NCBI GenBank assembly: GCA_951406725.2
Contig: OX597816.1
Span: 33,852,001-33,916,000 of the forward strand
Source of the DNA: Octopus vulgaris
Lineage: Eukaryota
DNA length: 64,000 bases
Direction: 5' to 3'
Positions within the stretch are counted from its first letter, which is position 1, and every line of letters starts with the position of its first letter. Made by a program: the position numbers and the translations under genes. Under the pieces are notes generated by a model. It was given only the letters and a program-made list of their open reading frames with translations, ran no database searches and was not told the DNA's origin. This document shows positions 1 through 14,362 of this stretch, piece by piece.

Positions 1-1400
1 ATTTAAGTCAAAGCATAGTAATCATCAAATTACTCATCAACATTTATGGCAACGGAAAAAAGTTCTGATAAATAATGAAGAAAAAAAATCTGAGATTGAA
101 ATGCGTATTTATCTTGCTAACCTTTAAATAACACAAATGGACATGAAAGAAAATTAAAAGCTATAGACGGAGGTTAAGAAAATTACCAAGCTGTGTTTGA
201 AAATCATTACCAGTCTGCTACGTAGTGGAAGCAAGTTATGGATAATGTAGTGCAAACTTCTTTATCCAAAGGAACAAGAATATTTTTGATCGGCAATGTT
301 TGCCAAATATCTGAAGCATTAGTTGATAGCAAAGCAGTTGGAGTTACGATTTTTTCTTCGGTGGTTTAGTGAAACAGTGAACATTATGAACGATGCATAA
401 GTCATTGTATATTGTCTTTTTAAGAAAATTTGCGAAAAATTTTGGAACAACACTTTTGTTTGCGTCTTGGAGTGTAAAATACTAATGAATTTTATTCATG
501 CAGAACTGAAGATCATTTGAGAAGAAAAATTGTTACGGTTATTACAGATGGTGCTTTAGCTATGAAACAGAAATTTTAAGTAATTGCTGCCTGCACCCCA
601 CGAAGCAGTATTGTTACTTTTACATTATTGGTTATATCGCAAGAACTAGCTGCATAGCAACTGAGTAACAAAATACATGTTGTAGTGACTAGAAATGTGA
701 ACAGGAAGAATTATAGCAGCATGTGATGAAATACTCAATGCAATGGGCCTACAAGAGAAACAGGTGTGAATGCTTTTTGAATTATTTAATGATAAGATTT
801 GTCAGATCAGATAATCCTCCTTCATTTTACGTTTAGATTGCTGTCACAGAAAAAAAAAAATCTTTGAAAAAATAATCACCAGGTGGGGTAGATGGGGGTA
901 TCTTTTATTACAGTGATGCGAAAGCGATGCATTTCAATAATGAATTTTAACTGGCCACCTTGTAGTCGAATAAATTACTTCAGGTTTTAAACATTTAATT
1001 AGGCTTAGTTTGTCGCTTTAATGTAATGGAAAGGACATATTTAATGTCTTGCAAAATAAAAGCCATGAAAATGAAGATCACCCTCTGGCATATTAATATT
1101 GATAAAGACGATTTCTTAAATTTCACACATTTGCCAAGTTTACTAAAAGAGTGTTTTTATTCGCATGAAAACAGGCTGATATGAGAAAACGCTGTAGGAT
1201 AATTTCTCATTTGCCATCCTTACTCTCTAAAACATGGTAAAACATTTTCCAAAGAAGTGTGCGCAGGGACTTGGAAAATCTGATGTGGATAATCAATCCA
1301 TTTCGTGAACAGCAATCGAATCTAGCAGATTTCGGGGAAACGTTAGCCGTGTTGATACCTCTTCAAAATGATTTCATTTAAGATGTTCTTTGACAACGAA
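1..1400 (+). mobile_element. Highly degenerate hAT transposase remnant (Buster/ZBED5/FAM200-like)
   Basis: Broken-frame motifs in the expected order: VITDGALAM (~538-565), an H-x-x-x-x-R-x-x-LA-like segment (~622-655), an LLHxxxR-x-LS-like segment (~817-846) and WIINPF (~1286-1303). Many stops; no TIR seen; boundaries approximate. Confidence 0.6.
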
Positions 1401-3606
1401 TGTTAATGGTTTACCTTATGGGATGTACTTAGTTTCCTTGAATGAACATCGATTGCCTTCAAGTGCTTTGAAATACTGGCACAGAAAACAACACATTCTG
1501 CCGGAACAAGTATTTTCAAACAAGGTAGAATGAGAAGAAAAGTGGAAGACTCGTGAAGGTGTTGTTATGCCGGTTGCTTTGGAGATGGACATTACATTAT
1601 CGGTTTTGGGGAATTGTCGCAGAAGCTCACTCGACACGTATTGAACAGTGATAAAAATACATGCAATTTAGTGTAGCATTAACCCGTTTGTTGTTTATGT
1701 TGTCAACTTATGCCCAAGCAAATACTATTGTCTCCAAAATTCCAATTCTAAAATTTACAAAAGATACGTAAAATAAACCTCCTAATAGATATATTTGAAC
1801 GTATGTTTACCATACATTCAATTTTAGTTCTTATATGTTTTAGAATATTAAAAAAAACAGAATAAACACTTAAAACAGGTGTTAATTATGCCATACAAAA
1901 AAACAAAATTGATAAACGAAGGAGAACAAAAAGAAAAGAAAGAGAATATTGTGTCGCAGGTGATACAAAACTAAATTAAGAAGTGCAGATATGTGATAAT
2001 TTTCATATTTTATTAAAACGTCTAGGAAACACTGATATTTGATACATTTTGTGTATCATAATTTAAATACGTCAAGATGCATATATATTTGACATCATGT
2101 GCTTATTACATTAATATGATGCTTGAAACACTATAATGTGATATAGGTTGTATAGTATTAATTGCATTCATTTCCTTTAGATTAAAAAAAGACAATAACT
2201 ACAGCGGTTGAAATTGAGGAATCCTAGATGAGTGGATGAGAAAGTATAACATCTGAATACTTTTTGATGGCATGTAGTTTGTTGTCTAGCGGGTTCAGCT
2301 CATGATCACAGTGTCTCTATATTTCGATTTCTAGATGAGACCGCCGGTTTGCCCGTGAACAAAATAATTAATTTCACTTTGTTTCACTCAACTGTGAATG
2401 AGTACCAGCAAAGCGCTGTTGGAGTCAACTCGTCCTTTAGCCGTTCTATCCTGAATATTCCCCCAAGACTCTGGCGAGAAGGTCAAGGGCCTGAGATTAC
2501 AAAATCAACTGAAACAACTAAAGAATGCAAAGTACATGTTTCCAGGTCATACTCGATCGCAATTGACAGCTGGCTATAATTAACTCTACTGTGCTGTCCT
2601 TCCAATGTGTTTATCACCTTCTGAGAAAGTGTGCATAGATTTAGTGGAGGTTTCGTCAGTCGTGAACGGAATTAGTGATTGAATTCCGTCTCGCGAAATT
2701 AACAAGCTAGCAGTTTGAGTATTTCGCAGACTCGTCTGCTGTTAAAACATTACTCAGTAGGTAAAAACCAGTTCAAGGAGAGAGAGAGAGAGAAAAAGAG
2801 ATAGAGAGATAATCGAGTCCACTAGTGCATGAATTTATTTAACAACTCCCAAAAGATTAAAAGACAATGTTAACTTCAGTGTAATTTGATCACAAAACAG
2901 AGTGCCAGAGCGAGTAAGCAAGCTATTTTGACCGACACTTTTATGACTGTACTAACTAGCTTCTTTTATATAGACGCAGACAACTCTTAGTAGGTGTGGC
3001 TATATGCATGTATCTATCGATAAAGTAATAATGTGTGATATTTTATTTATGTAAATATTTTGAACAATTTTCAATCTTAAAATTACACTTGGTTCGTTTG
3101 TACTGATTAGCCCCAGGCCATCTTTGATAGAACACACCTATGTTGTAAAGCTTTCAAGTTATCACCATCCTAACTTTTGTCACACATACTGTATCTCTCT
3201 TACACTTAGACAGATAGTTTGAAAGGAAATAGAGAGGAAAAAACTCTCAAACTAGATAAAAGTAGACAGACATGATTTTAAAAAATCAGTTGGTTAGAAA
3301 TTCTGAAAAATAAAGAAAAATGGATTTGCAAAGAAGTTATTGATATACAACGTAAAATAGAATAAAAAACAGGTGGGTAGGAAAATAGAAACCGAATGAA
3401 TTAGATTTTGGTGGAGCGAGAAATAGTATTATGGAAAGTATTGAGATATAGATCGCGAGGGAACGAAATAATGTTGAGTTTTGTGAGTGAGCAAGTAAAG
3501 TGTGAACAGTAGTGAGAGCATGAGAGAAAACAAGGAGAGGAGTCAGAAATATTGTAGAAAATTAGGAGAGTGATTTTCTGTTTGTATTGAAGATATTGAG
3601 AGAGAG

Positions 3607-3645
<39 letters not shown>

Positions 3646-5356
3646 TGGGGGAATGAAAGAATTATTGAGCTGAAAAAAAATGAACAGGAAGAAAAGTTAA
3701 TGTTATAATTCAATTTTTTTTAGTGTAAAAATACGTGTAATATTTAATAAGAGAAAATATGCTAACAAATAATTAAATATTGCAATATTTGAAAACAAGA
3801 TTTCGAGTTATGAATTTAATATATATTAAAGATAATAGTCACAGTATTTGATGGTTACTTGTATCTTGGATTTATCTTCATTTTATACTGTGCTAGTACG
3901 AAGTATTAGTGAATTTAAATGGACATAATGCGAATATATTGGTCTCATACGTTACCATTGGTTCATTACTCAGCAATATTTACATGTACACATAAACTCT
4001 TATGTTTACTTTGTTATACACATATACATACGCATACATACATACGTATATGTTGTATATGTGTGCCCATGTTTGTATGAAACTGTAGAATCTTGCATCG
4101 GATAAATGTGAACATTTTATACGTTGCCAGATATACAAATAGCGGAATCTTGTGCCACGGGTACAAGCATAATTAAGTAGCTTGCACATGTGTGTGTGTG
4201 TGTCTAATATACATTCTATTTAGATGATTAATTATAATGAAAATTTATAATATACTCTATTGTATATATAGGCCCTAAAAGATACAGAAATAATTTAAGT
4301 TCGAAATAAAAACAGCGGAAAACATTATTAAAAAATTTTATGAGAAGTTTAAAGGAAACTTAAAAAATGGTTTAACAATATTGAAATGTCACCAGAGAAT
4401 CCCTCTAACTTACAAACTATTTTTCCAAGCGAACCTATAAAAAGGAAAATGTCACACATTCGTTTAACCATGCTTGCAACTCCTACAGAATTTATGAAGC
4501 GGTAGCCAGCGGCCACGATCAAAGTATTATTGCTCCTCACTAATAAATTATTCAGTACCTCTGCTCTAATTATTTATTAACAATAATTTCAAACCTATAA
4601 CAGTACCAACTCATATTATGTCTTTATTCAGATCTACAATAACGGAAATATCCCTTTCTAAGTCTGCATACGAATCGTTTGAATCCGAATTCAAATCCTG
4701 CCTAAGTCGGTTCTGATTTTATCTTTTCTGGTTCAATAAAGTAAAGGACACAGTAATGTTTTGGAGTCGAAGAGTACGACTAAATTCTTCGTCAGAAAAT
4801 TAAGAATATTTTAAAGGAAATCAGAAACTCTTCAGTGAAAGCTATATACCAGCAGCATTCCAGCCAAATACATGTGGCTATTTTCCATATCAGTGCCTGA
4901 AAAATTGGTGTAATTATATGCATCGTTGGGAGGGAGATTTAGCGATGAGATATGGCTGGTAAGCGGTGAGCAAAGAGCTGTCATAGATGAGAGGCTGTAC
5001 ATCGAAATCACATGATCTGGCATTTTCGGCGCTCATTGCAGACAGTTATCGTCTACCAACGATATTTTTGTGCTTTTATACACCACAAGCCATTGTGAGA
5101 ACCCCACTCATGTCGGAATCCGAAGTATTCGGCGTTATAACAAAACATCAACATCAATTTAGATAAAGTCGTACCCTTTTGGTATTAACGCAGGTTAATA
5201 TTGTATCACTGTATACAGATACATACACATAGCCTACATAACGTTATACATATTTAACTTGGATCCCCAAGCTGATGTTTTCTACTGGGATATCGATCTA
5301 CAAGGAATTATGCATTTATGGACGATATAAAATATGTAAAGAAAGCATTAGATATA

Positions 5357-6464
5357 CACAGACATGCAGGAAGTATATATACACCTTTAATTTTCAGAAT
5401 TTCTGATCTAAGCGTCTTAATATGTTTTCAGCGATGTAGAATTTACAATGTAATTATTCCTTTTCATTCCGGGTGACATTATTGCAAAGAGTAACCATGC
5501 CACGCACAAAAATTCAGCAGAACTGTCAGATATTGAAGGAGGTCATATTGTTGGGCATTCTGAGGCTGGTCTTAGCCATTGAAAAATTGCCAAGAATCTT
5601 TGAATACTTCTTGCTACTGTTAATAGAATTATAGTGCAATTCAAAAGCCAAGGAAAAGAATCAACAGATTCTAGTCCCGGCCGACCTGGGCTCTCGGAAA
5701 GGAAGCTTCGCTGTTTGAAGATAATTGTGGAAAACGAACCCCGTTCGAAGGCTTCTGGCATTACAAAACAGCTAGAAGTTACTCCAAGAATATGTGTTAC
5801 ATATCTGCATAAGTTTGGGTATTATGGACGAGCAGCTACAAGAAAACCACTCCTTGAACCAATTAGTATCACGAAAAGAAAGAAATGGCCTAAGGAGATG
5901 TCAGAAAAAATCCAGTTCATTTTGGAATTGAGTGATTTTCCCAGATGAATTCAGATTTGGATTATTTTCAGACAATGGAAGTGTTTGGGTCTGGAGGCTT
6001 CCCAATCAAGAATTTGATATGAAACGACTCCAACTAACTGTGAAATATAGCGATATCACTGAATGGTATGGAGAGCTGTCACCAGCAATTGTCGTTCTTA
6101 TCTGACTGAAAATGGGATCAAAAAGTTTCCTTGTCCTAGCCAATCTCCTGACATGAACTCAATTGAAAATCTTTGGAGCATACTAGATAGAGATATACGA
6201 AAAACTTGACAGAAACCGAAATCTAAATATGAATTGTTTCGACTGTTGCCTGAAAAGTGGGCAGAAATTCCACAAGGGACGATCACAAAGCTCATCAGTT
6301 CAATGCCAAAAAGAGTTTCTAAATCAAAAACTGCAAAGGGAGTGTCGAATAAATACTAAGGTATGTAGTCCTACCTATTGATTACATTTCAAGTGTTCGC
6401 TTTGCGTATTAAATAATAAAAAATTGAAAACGAAATATGTCTATTTACTTCCTGTATGTCTGTG
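5357..6464 (+). mobile_element. Tc1-family DNA transposon, internally deleted, both TIRs present
   Basis: 27-bp TIRs cacagacatgcaggaagtatatataca (5357-5383) and tgtctatttacttcctgtatgtctgtg (6438-6464), each flanked by TA. Motifs RPGLS, GYYGRAATRKPLL, F-x-DEFRF and PSQSPDMNSIENLW. Confidence 0.9.
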
Positions 6465-6984
6465 TACGTATGTTTTTACCAGTGTGTGATTATCTTTAGA
6501 TGAACGTCAATAAAAGTTTATCATATACATTATGGACATATATATATATATATAAATGTATATTCACACACACGTGTACTTCATTGCACCAAAACAATAC
6601 ATATCATAACACAAATCCAATAAAAAACTAAACAAAATGTTGCTTAATATCTTTTTTAATACTATACTTACAAATATACTTTCCTCTCATCCTCTTTTCT
6701 TCTCCTTTCCAACGTATATAATTGCCAGGTCTGCATGTGCAAACTGTAATCAACATTATAGATACAAATATCTTGTACAGAGAGGAGAAAATATGCTAGT
6801 GTGAAGAGTAACTTATGTGTCACATACGAAGGTGGAATCAAATTCCATGGGCTGAGCATGATAGAATGATGCTAAAGCCATGAAAATTTATTTGTGTCAT
6901 TTTTCAACATTTCTTATTTATAACTGCATTAATTCCTTCGAATTAAGCTGATATCTGATTGTTCAAAGAACACTTCAAATATAA

Positions 6985-8270
6985 CTAGAAGCGATTCTAT
7001 TTCAAAATGGACAAATTTTGCCATCCTGTTGATGTCAATTAGATGCACAAAAAAAAAAAAAAGATTTAGCCCACAAGGTCATTCAAGCTGACATGGGTGT
7101 TACATTAAGTGATGACAACCAAGCTTTGATGGATAACAGGCGATGAACTATAAATCAAATTGTCAATGCATTTACAATATCCAGTGAGAGAGTTGAGACA
7201 GGGAAATTGGTCTGACCAATATGTCTGCTTGCTGCGTGGCATGTCTTCTGACAGCAAGTCAAAAGCAGAACAGATCTATCAAATCAGTGGAAAATCTGCC
7301 ATATTTTGAGGTAGATCCAACTGGTTTTCTTGAATATTTCCTAACTCAGAATGAATGGCGGCGTCATCCCTTTTAGTCAGAGAATTAGAGACAACCCATG
7401 GAGTGGAGACAACAACCTCACCTACTTCAAAGAAGGCCAACTTCAATTCATTTGCTGTGAAGGTGATGACATCAGTGTTTTGGGATTCAAAAAGCATTGT
7501 GTTTATTTCGTGCTTGGATTTGGTTTGCAAGATAATTTATGTGAGTTCGTGTGTTGAAGCATATTCTGTTGTGTCTGAGGAGAGTCATTATTTAACACAG
7601 TCACCTGTAAAATTTCCACTTACTTCTTTTTTTTTATTTTCCTAAAATTTTCGTTGCGCCTTGCAACTTTTTCAAAAGTCTATTGAAAAGGTTGCAAGAC
7701 GCAACGAAAATTTTAGGAAAATAAAGATAAGAAATAAGTGGAATTTTTATCGTTGTGTGTGTTAAATTATAGGGCACAAAAGGAAAATGACTATCACCAA
7801 ACACAACAGAATTGTGTTTATTGACCATTTTCAAAAGGCCCACATCAATGCAGAGTACTATGCCAAATTTTTGAAGCAGCTAGGAAAGGTTATCAATAAG
7901 AAAGGCCCAGAAAACTGATGAAAGATGAGTTGTTCTATCAGGAAAGTGTTCCAGCACACGTCTATGTGTGATTGATGCATTCAACTGATTGATCACCCTT
8001 AATGTTGCTCTGATTTGTCCTCATGGGACTATCATCTCCTTCCATCAGGAAAAAGCAATTGACTGGGAACAAGTATCATATCTGATGATCATGATTTTTT
8101 TTTTGTTACCAACAGGATGAAAGCTTCTTCACCAATGGAATCTAAGCACTGCAAACGAATGCAAAAAATGAACGGAACGCAACAAGGACAATGATGAAAA
8201 GAAGCCTGATTTGGTCACATTCTATGTGTGTATCTTGGTCGGCCAATGAAGTTTTCAGCGTACCGTCGTA
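6985..8270 (+). mobile_element. Degenerate mariner element interrupted by a fold-back insert
   Basis: KVMTSVFWDSKSIVFI motif and a decayed SxDLxxxDYHL segment (~8008-8040). Colinear with the second copy at ~29.7-30.65 kb. Confidence 0.75.
7508..7810. mobile_element. ~300-bp fold-back insertion (Penelope pLTR-like) flanked by a 12-bp direct repeat
   Basis: attgtgtttatt occurs at 7496-7507 and 7811-7822, and mariner homology resumes after it. Imperfect palindrome 7562-7812 centred near 7680. Confidence 0.75.
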
Positions 8271-8341
8271 ATCTGATTTTTCACGCTGAAACTTCGAAGG
8301 GAAGGTCGTCCTTCTTCTCCTGAAGCTTTATATTTTATATC

Positions 8342-8760
8342 TTTTACCCTCTACTTGTTTCTGTCACCTGACTGCAGTCATGCTGGGGCGCTGGCTTGAT
8401 GATTTTTAGTCGAACTAATCAAAATGATGAGTGCTTACTAAGTTTTTAAGCCTATTGCCTCTTTCTCCGAGTAACTGGGCTATGGGGAAGTAAGCACATT
8501 AACACAGTTTGTCAAGCGGTGCTGAGCGACAAACACAGACACAGAGACACACAGACATACATAGATGTACACGCACACATAGATACTAACGCACACACCC
8601 AACACACAAATATACGAAGTATTTCTTTCAGTTTCCAAAAAGTTTTAGTCAGCCAGAGTCTACGGTAGAAGACACCTGCCCAATGTGCCACAGAGTGGAC
8701 TTGAACTCGGAACCATGTACATGAGAAGCAAGCTTTTTACGACACAGCCACACCTGCACC
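8342..8760 (-). mobile_element. tRNA-derived SINE family A, diverged copy
   Basis: Colinear, with many substitutions, with the copies at 20287 and 40975. Confidence 0.75.
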
Positions 8761-9012
<252 letters not shown>

Positions 9013-9977
9013 GTATATAGCACATTTGTATACCTGTGGTTTGTGCATTTCTGTCTCTGGTATGTACGTATGCGTGTGCGCGCGTGAAAATATAATGTGT
9101 GCGCATGTGTATGTATGTGAGTCAAAAGAAAGAAATCTTGTTTATTAGACTTATGACAGTTTCTATATTCCGATGAACTAAACAAAATAATCAGTGAGAA
9201 AAGAAAAGAAATGAAAACATAACGATCCATATTGTGATGAGTGTGTTTCTTTTGTTCTTTTTTTTATCATTATTATTACAGCCACAATAATAGATTTGAT
9301 CAGGACCAACTTATTGACGTTCCAAGGTCAGCTGTCTCTGTCACCGGAATGTCCATCCTTAGAATGTTCTCATTGTTTATATATTAAAACTAATCTTGGC
9401 TCATATTGATTTATTTTACAAGGAGTGTTGCGATTAGTAGAATATCTCAAAGGGAAATATTTTAATGCATCTGTAAATGCTGTTTTTTTTTTGTTTTTGG
9501 TTTTTTTTTTGGGTTTTTTTTTCGGCTTCTCTGTTTCTCTCTTCTTTCGTTTCATGCTGGGGTAGGATTAACATATTAGTATTGACTTCAATATCAGACA
9601 TACTTTGTATTGTTTTATATTTTCTAGATTCTCTTGTGAATATTTTGATGTGTCATTTTTATAAATAAAAAAAAATAATTGATTTATGTATTTATATTAT
9701 CCGAAATTTTCTTGGAAATAAAGACTGTAAGACACTCACCCCCTACAGCCATATTCGTTAGTGAAATATATTACAATTTTGTTTACGCTAAGAACTTAGA
9801 GAATCTTTAGATACAGAACCGATTCGGATTTTTAGCTGAAAGAGCACAGTCTCAGTTTAGATGATAGTCGCGCTTTTCAGACAGTCAATATGGTATCCAA
9901 TACTATTCTACCTTTACGTCTATTCTTAATAATTAATTATATCATTTATTGGATAATCATCATAAAAAGAACATGCA

Positions 9978-10095
9978 CATACATACGTGCGTACGTACGT
10001 GCGTACATACATACATACATACATACATACATACATACATACATACATACATACATACATACATGCGTAGATACATACGTAGGTAGATACGTACG
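9978..10095. repeat. (CATA)n microsatellite
   Basis: Direct reading. Confidence 0.9.
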
Positions 10096-10149
10096 CACAT
10101 GAGGCAGCCCCTTTCTGTATTGGCATCTTGAAATAAAACTGAATAATGA

Positions 10150-11186
10150 CATATGTACGTATATAAATCCACGAATAAGACCAACTCCTTCGTTTCTCGG
10201 AGCCCCCGTTGTTTGTGTTTGGCGTTGAAGTGTTGGTCGAGGGCCAACATCGCCGCCAGTACGTTGGACGCGATACCAGGTCTAAGTGCCACTTCTAATT
10301 TCTTGACTGGGTCTCCCTCTATTCTATTTCGGTCTAATGCTAGGCCGTTTCTGTACCTAACCGATTCTGCTTTAATTGCTTTCTTTAGGGCATACCACCA
10401 TCTCTTTTTTTACGATGGCAGCCGTCAATGCTCTCTTAACTAATGTGCTAATCCGATCCCTGTAAGCCTGTCGTGCCGTGAATGACGCGTTCAGCTTCCA
10501 GTAACCGGGACATTGCCTATGTGTCTTATCTAAGTCAAGTATACAAGTCACAAATTTGTGATTTGTGTAGCTGACTATATGGAATTGTGGACAACCTACA
10601 CTATTCTTATCCACTGTCCTACAGACTACTCTATCTAAATACCATCTGGACGAACCGATGCGGTTGCTCCTTCTCCACATTGGCACATTCGGGTGGTCTG
10701 TCGATACTTGTCAGAGCAGGTCTTTCAGGCATTTTCATCCTCTCCAATTACTATCTCTGCCCACGTAGACTAGGTGCGTATACAGAGTAGCGTTCCAACC
10801 CCTACTAAAAGTAAAGGTCGAGACGTTCCCAGGGAAAACTCTAGACGTCGAAAGAAATCTGGCCGACCTGTTAAGGACGGTGCATAAACTGTTATGAGTC
10901 GAAAAGCACACTCAATACTATCATCGACATCCAAGACGACTAGCCTACCCTCGGGGTCTAGGAAAATTGCTCTTCGAGGTGCCGAAACTTCCGAAGAAGC
11001 CCCGCGGTGCCACTTCCGCCCATTCTCGGCAGACACGAACATGTGCTGGAGGGCCTGTGGGTAATAGAGTCTTGTCTCTCTGATGGCTATGATATGCAGA
11101 TTCTGGGAGTTAATGTCATTTAACAGGTAGCCTTGTTTCCAAGGCGACCCCAAGTCACATACATTTATACTACCTATTTTGAGCAT
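10150..11186 (-). pseudogene. LINE ORF2 apurinic-type endonuclease domain, disrupted
   Basis: APE motifs are split across ORFs 10770-11186 and 10372-10686. Confidence 0.8.
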
Positions 11187-13090
11187 GTTCCTATGGAAAG
11201 TTGTATTTTACACACGAAAGGAAGACGAAAGAGAAAGGGAGAGAGAGAGAGTAACTTACTGTCCGAAAGTCATTTGTCCTTCACCTCACAGGCTTCTCCC
11301 AGAAGGTTTTTGTATAGTTTTTTAGATTGGTATTTTTGAAATCTCCCTACTGCATCCGGGTAGAGAGATTTCAGTACTGTGTGTGTTCTGTGTTATATGT
11401 ATGATTTTAATGTATTACGGTCGTTTTGTGCGTTTGTGATTCTTTGTTTCGGTTTGTGTTGATGCTTTTGTTTTCTGCGGATGTTTTGGTTACGGGAGTG
11501 GTAAACCTCCCTGCTTTGTTTGTCTGCTTTTCTATTCTTTTGCTCTTTTTTCTCCTTCTCCCTGTGACCACTCGCCAATCATCTGTGTCGTCCTTATCTA
11601 ACATATCGGAAGAATCAGAAGATGGGAAATGAATACTATTGGGGTCTATTTCTGAGTTTGCTGATTTTGTTGTTGATGTTGGTGCTGGTTTCTAACAGTT
11701 AGGAAGTGGTGTATGGGTTATTTTGATGTGGGGTATGAGTCTTTTTGGTTTTCCCTTCTTCCTTTGTGGTTGTTGGTGTTGCTTCTGTTCTTAGTGTCGC
11801 TGGTGGTGGTGGTGGTGTTTGGTTGGGCTTACTTGTTGCTTGCTAATGTTCCTTCATTTGTTTGTAGAGCTGTTTAATTAGCTGTGCATATGTCGGTGTA
11901 GGTCGCAGCACTGGTTTTTTGTTCGGTTTTTGGTTTTCGCTGTCTTTTTGTCGTTGTTGCTACCGTTGTTGTTGTTGTTGTTTCTGTGCTAGTGGGGAAA
12001 CTTATTTTTAAGTGTGCTTTGCTACCACAAACGTAGCAAAGTGGCTTTCTGCCATCGGTGGCCACATGCAAACTCGAATCGTCTGTCAATTTGATTTGGT
12101 TTGGAATTTTTACGAAATACATTGGGACAATTTGAGCAAGGATTTCAACTCCTTAGAAAATCCAGTTTTGCTGGTCCAGGACAGCGATTTCCAAGATATG
12201 GGTTTCGCCTTCGATGTCACAACAAATGGCAGACACGAGTCATTTTATTTCTATCTCTGGGAATATGTTTTTAATTTTTATTTTTGTTACCTTACGACCA
12301 AAGTATGTAGGGATGATCAGTAAGTTTTCACATTTAAAGGATTTTGTGGAGAGGTCCTTGGCTCTTTCTTCACTGTGGAATCTAACTACGTTCGTGGAAA
12401 ATCTGTTCCCGCTCCCGATGGGCCTTAAACTTTTTTCTACATTTTCTTAAGTGTCCGTTTCGTATAGCTTTGTTCTTAGGTTGAGTGTCTTGTAAATAAT
12501 TGGTTTTGTTTTGCGATTTTTTCAGCGATGTTTTGTGGTGTCTGTAGTTGTATGGTGAATTTGTCTTTTTTAAACATTATTTATCAGGCAAGCAGTTCTT
12601 CCTTCGAAAATCACGTAATTTGTTTTTAGCTTTAAACCTGCGGCAAAATTCTTTTGAGTATTCGTGTTAGTTGTGGTTATGATGGCGGTAGTGGTGGTAG
12701 CAGTGGTGGAGACATTGTTTATAGTAGTAAACTTATTCTCTTCTTTGTACGTATTTCTAACGCCTGTGTGCGTAAAAGCGGAACGGCTTTGGTTTCTGCT
12801 TCCTTCGCCTCTGACTTTGGTAGAGGCGGTAAGTCGGCTTCATGGTTTGGCTTAGACATTTTCATTTAGAAATATTGCAAGGAAACCGAAGAAAATCTTT
12901 TTAAGTTTTGGAAATTTACCCCAAGTGGTGTAGTTTCCTATTACAATATTTAATGGGGTTGAAGGACATGGTTTTAGAAAACTCTTTTACAAAAAATATT
13001 TCATAGATAAAACGTCTTTCTACACAAACAAGCAAGCTTCCTTGGAGCCGAGTTTTCTACCAGCTTAATCTTAAGTAGCCCTAAGCTTTC
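10150..13090 (-). mobile_element. Tx1/L1-clade LINE, 5' portion only (5'UTR, ORF1, APE endonuclease)
   Basis: ORF1 remnant starts at an ATG at 12859 and carries the knuckle CYVCGSKAH. ORF2 start MLKIGSINVCDL...IRET...DPEGRLVVLDV...TVYAP...LLLVG (11186-10770), then YLDRV...NHKFV...GYWKLNAS (10686-10372). Frameshifts and stops throughout; no RT. Confidence 0.85.
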
Positions 13091-13980
13091 GGTGGTTAGA
13101 CAATCTAGAGTTTCAAGAAGAAATAGTGAGATTTTAGAGAAATTACGTGTGTATTTCTAAAATATCTCAACACTCGTGTATATTGCGGGTACCTCTTGCT
13201 TTGTAGCTTACCCATTCGTCACTCTAGAATAAGCCACAGCTTTATAATCGAAGTCACTTCAGCCATGACGATTTTGTTGTATTATAAATAAAATTCTTAG
13301 TAGATTACTGTTTGCAATGTAGCCTTATTATGTAAAAGAGTGATTTGAATCAAAGATTTTTTTTCTAATTCTACTTCAGAGAACCATCACATAGAGGCTA
13401 TTCTTGAAACTCTCATTGTAAAAGTGGTAACTGCTTAATAATTTGTAAGGGTGAAATGATATGATCTTCAACGGCTTTACAATTAATCACAAGGTATTGA
13501 GTACGTTATTAGCACTCCAGTATCAGTGATTTGCAGATCTGCCTCTTCGTTTAAATATTCAATTTATATCTATGCCTGTGGTAATGCAGTAATTGTAGTT
13601 ACGTGTAACACCACGAGTTGATATTTATATATATTTGTGGTGACGGTATACGCTTTTAATATTTCTAAAGTCATTTTTGTAATATTCCTTGAGATGTTTC
13701 TATAACATTGCTTGAGAAATTTAAGTAATATTTCTAGGGATATATATGAAATCCATTTAGAAGATTTTATATAACATTTTTAGATATCTAAGATTCACTT
13801 CTGGAGATTTTTGTGTAACATACATAATATGAGTGAAGACATTTAATTTATTGCATATGTACACTTATCTAATGTAATTATTTTTCTTGATATTTGTCAG
13901 TATTTTTAGTGGTATTCTAAAAAAATACGTAAATGTAGTATCTCTAGAGATATCTATATAATAATTTTCATGATATAATC

Positions 13981-14362
13981 TTTACTTTTTACTCTTTTAC
14001 TTGTTTTAGTCATTTGACTGCGGCCATGCTGGAGCACTGCCTTTAATCGAGCAACTCGACACCGGGACTTATTCTTTGTAAGCCCAGTACTTATTCATTG
14101 GGGACATAAACACACAATCATCGGTTGTCAAGCAATGCTAGGGGGACAAACACAAATATACACGCGCACATATATATATACGTATATATACATATATACG
14201 ACGGGCTTCTTTCTGTTTCCGTCTACCGAATCCACTCACAAGGCTTTGGTCGGCCCGGGGCTATAGTAGAAGACACTTGCCCAAGGTGCCACGCAGTAGG
14301 ACTGAACCCGGAACCATGTGGTTGGTAAACAAGCTACTTACAACACAGCTACTCCGGTGCCT
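13981..14362 (-). mobile_element. tRNA-derived SINE family A
   Basis: Reverse complement of the A-box/B-box head (tggctgtgtgg...ggttcagtcc), internal (TA) tract and aagagtaa-type tail; short internal deletion. Confidence 0.9.
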
